A stretch of DNA of 40,610 nucleotides. Source: a virus. Shown here piece by piece: positions 39,536 to 40,610 of this stretch. Within the stretch, counting starts at the first letter, position 1. Every line of letters starts with the position of its first letter. A program made the position numbers and the translations under genes. Under the pieces are notes generated by a model. It had not been told where the DNA came from and made no database searches. It saw only the letters and a list, made by a program, of their open reading frames with translations. The DNA is taken from positions 1-40,610 of IMG/VR virus record IMGVR_UViG_3300048578_000013, one strand, 5' to 3'.

Positions 39536-39564
39536 ATTCTAACTCCGTAGGAGAGACTTGTCAA
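39536..39564 (-). promoter_or_regulatory. Sigma70-like promoter TTGACA-17-TAGAAT (leftward, distal)
   Basis: The minus strand reads TTGACA agtctctcctacggagt TAGAAT. Hexamers and spacing are identical to the proximal promoter. Confidence 0.55.
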
Positions 39565-39573
39565 GTTATTTCC

Positions 39574-39606
39574 GACGAACGGTAGATATCCCGGTATGAA
39601 CGGTAG
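39574..39606. repeat. Iteron pair GACGAACGGTAG / TATGAACGGTAG, 21 bp apart
   Basis: GAACGGTAG occurs at 39577-39585 and 39598-39606 in the same orientation. Confidence 0.8.
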
Positions 39607-39737
39607 TTATCCACAGGTTATACATGGAAAGTGGTCATGCCTTAATGGGAATCATTCTCAGTATAGGGTCCCCTTTCCCCGATCCTTTTTTACTGTACTG
39701 GGATACCAGATTTAGACTTTTATGGCTCATAAATACT

Positions 39738-39809
39738 TTATGTGGCCCAAATTCCTATAACCCTTTGTTTTGTATACGGAAATGGATATTAGTGGCCGGT
39801 TATGTGGCC
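39738..39809. repeat. Two copies of TTATGTGGCC inside an AT-rich segment
   Basis: Exact 10-mers at 39738-39747 and 39800-39809. The surrounding 39620-39860 is visibly AT-rich relative to the rest of the genome. Confidence 0.7.
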
Positions 39810-39951
39810 AGTACCGGATTCCTGCAATCCTCCTGATAAGGGAATGCGGGTATTGATGTAATAATTAATGGCCCACGGGGCCTCCCGGCCTATTGCTGCC
39901 CGTCCCGGTCCCGTCTACCGCCCCCGGTCCGGATTATGACCGGTCCCAGCC

Positions 39952-39984
39952 GATGAACGGTAGCCATGGCACGACGAACGGTAT
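39952..39984. repeat. Iteron pair GATGAACGGTAG / GACGAACGGTAT, 21 bp apart
   Basis: GAACGGTAG at 39955-39963 and GAACGGTAT at 39976-39984. Same orientation and spacing as the 39577/39598 pair. Confidence 0.8.
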
Positions 39985-40013
39985 TGGTAACATCACAGTA
40001 CCGGAACCGGGGG

Positions 40014-40029
40014 CCTAGACCGGTCTAGG
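40014..40029. repeat. 16-bp perfect palindrome CCTAGACCGGTCTAGG
   Basis: Self-complementary and centred on ACCGGT, like the palindromes at 3769-3782 and 3806-3817. Confidence 0.85.
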
Positions 40030-40073
40030 GGATAGTGGGGATTGCCGGGGGGTGTCCTCGGTCTGGCCCGTGG

Positions 40074-40110
40074 GGGCGGGGGAGTCGGACCGGCCACGCG
40101 GCCCCCGCCC
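40074..40110. repeat. GC-rich inverted repeat GGGCGGGGG ... CCCCCGCCC (9-bp arms, 19-nt loop)
   Basis: Arms at 40074-40082 and 40102-40110 are perfectly complementary. Confidence 0.7.
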
Positions 40111-40151
40111 GGAACCGCTAGACCTGTATTACTCGGCCAGCATAGGTCGAT

Positions 40152-40313
40152 TCATTCGGCCAGTATCGTAGCAAACAGGATCATGTCCCGATACGATCCC
40201 CTGCCGATGATCCGGTCAATACCGGCGCACAGAACGTCATACAATCCGGGGTGCCCCGCCGTCTCGACAACGGCATAGTCCCCGACCAGATAGACCGCCT
40301 CTTCCGTGTTCAT
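40152..40313 (-). CDS. Hypothetical early protein (53 aa)
   Basis: ATGA coupling to the upstream small gene. The track start 40394 was trimmed. Confidence 0.4.
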   Translation of the reverse strand: MNTEEAVYLVGDYAVVETAGHPGLYDVLCAGIDRIIGRGSYRDMILFATILAE

Positions 40314-40450
40314 GGTACAACGCCTCCCGCACTCTTGTCGGCGGCGAAGATACGGATCATGCCCCATTCTATATCCCCGATCACTTGTTCGCACCCGGCA
40401 TCGTCCTCGGCCAGCAAGTTTGCAAACTGTTTGTAATCCTTGCGAGTCAT
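40310..40450 (-). CDS. Hypothetical early acidic protein (46 aa); first leftward gene
   Basis: ATG 40450 with SD GGAGG 8-9 nt upstream. The track start 40591 runs into the terminal repeats. Confidence 0.4.
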   Translation of the reverse strand: MTRKDYKQFANLLAEDDAGCEQVIGDIEWGMIRIFAADKSAGGVVP

Positions 40451-40540
40451 TTCACTAACCTCCGATTGATAACGAACCTTCTCGGTTCCTTTATACCAGC
40501 CCCCCCTACCCTCCGTATATAGGTATATATGCCTACATCT

Positions 40541-40610
40541 CCGGTATGCACAATACCGCCCCGGTATGCACAATACCGCCCCGGTATGCACAATACCGCC
40601 CCGGTATGCA
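40541..40610. repeat. Terminal tandem repeat, identical to 1-70
   Basis: Same 3.5 copies of CCGGTATGCACAATACCGCC. Confidence 0.95.

Noticed and set aside
39340-39836. Plus-strand ORFs 39340-39585 and 39624-39836 (also 40042-40278) in the right-hand non-coding region
   Set aside because: They are oriented against the leftward early transcription, lack SD sequences, have Ser/Pro/Arg-rich or irregular composition, and run across promoters, hairpins and iterons.
1-40610. Temperate lifestyle module or phage RNA polymerase
   Set aside because: I recognised no integrase, recombinase, CI/Cro-like pair or single-subunit RNAP motif in any ORF. This cannot be fully excluded for the many small unknown proteins without profile searches.

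Overview
The window looks like a complete ~40.5-kb podovirus-like phage genome. Its two ends are an exact 70-bp repeat (1-70 = 40541-40610) made of a 20-bp tandem unit.

Layout:
- Rightward arm (402-15339, + strand): an AAA+ ATPase operon, small accessory genes, a T7-like replisome and a nucleotide-metabolism cluster. The replisome has separate primase and DnaB-like helicase genes, a family-A DNA polymerase, an SSB-like protein, a 5'-3' exonuclease and a clear T7 endonuclease I homolog.
- The rightward arm converges on a bidirectional terminator at ~15.48 kb.
- Leftward arm (40450-15480, - strand): small early genes, a 2.5-kb array of 26 tRNA genes, and the packaging/head module (TerS-like, TerL, portal, scaffold, major capsid). 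These are followed by fibre and tail genes, three large internal-virion-type proteins, two tandem GH108 endolysins and overlapped spanins.
- I recognised no phage RNA polymerase, integrase or repressor.

Most unusual content:
- The tRNA array covers all 20 amino acids, with one U34 tRNA per four-codon box.
- Half of its members have a non-canonical T-loop (G55 instead of U55), and this covaries with loss of the D-loop GG.
- A ~100-aa HExxH protein gene sits inside the array.
- A ~0.9-kb non-coding region (39.25-40.15 kb) carries tandem sigma70-like promoters, GC hairpins, phased iterons and ACCGGT-centred palindromes.

Limits: all protein calls come from motif recognition and gene order, and no searches were run. 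tRNA folds were done by hand, so boundaries may be off by 1-2 nt.
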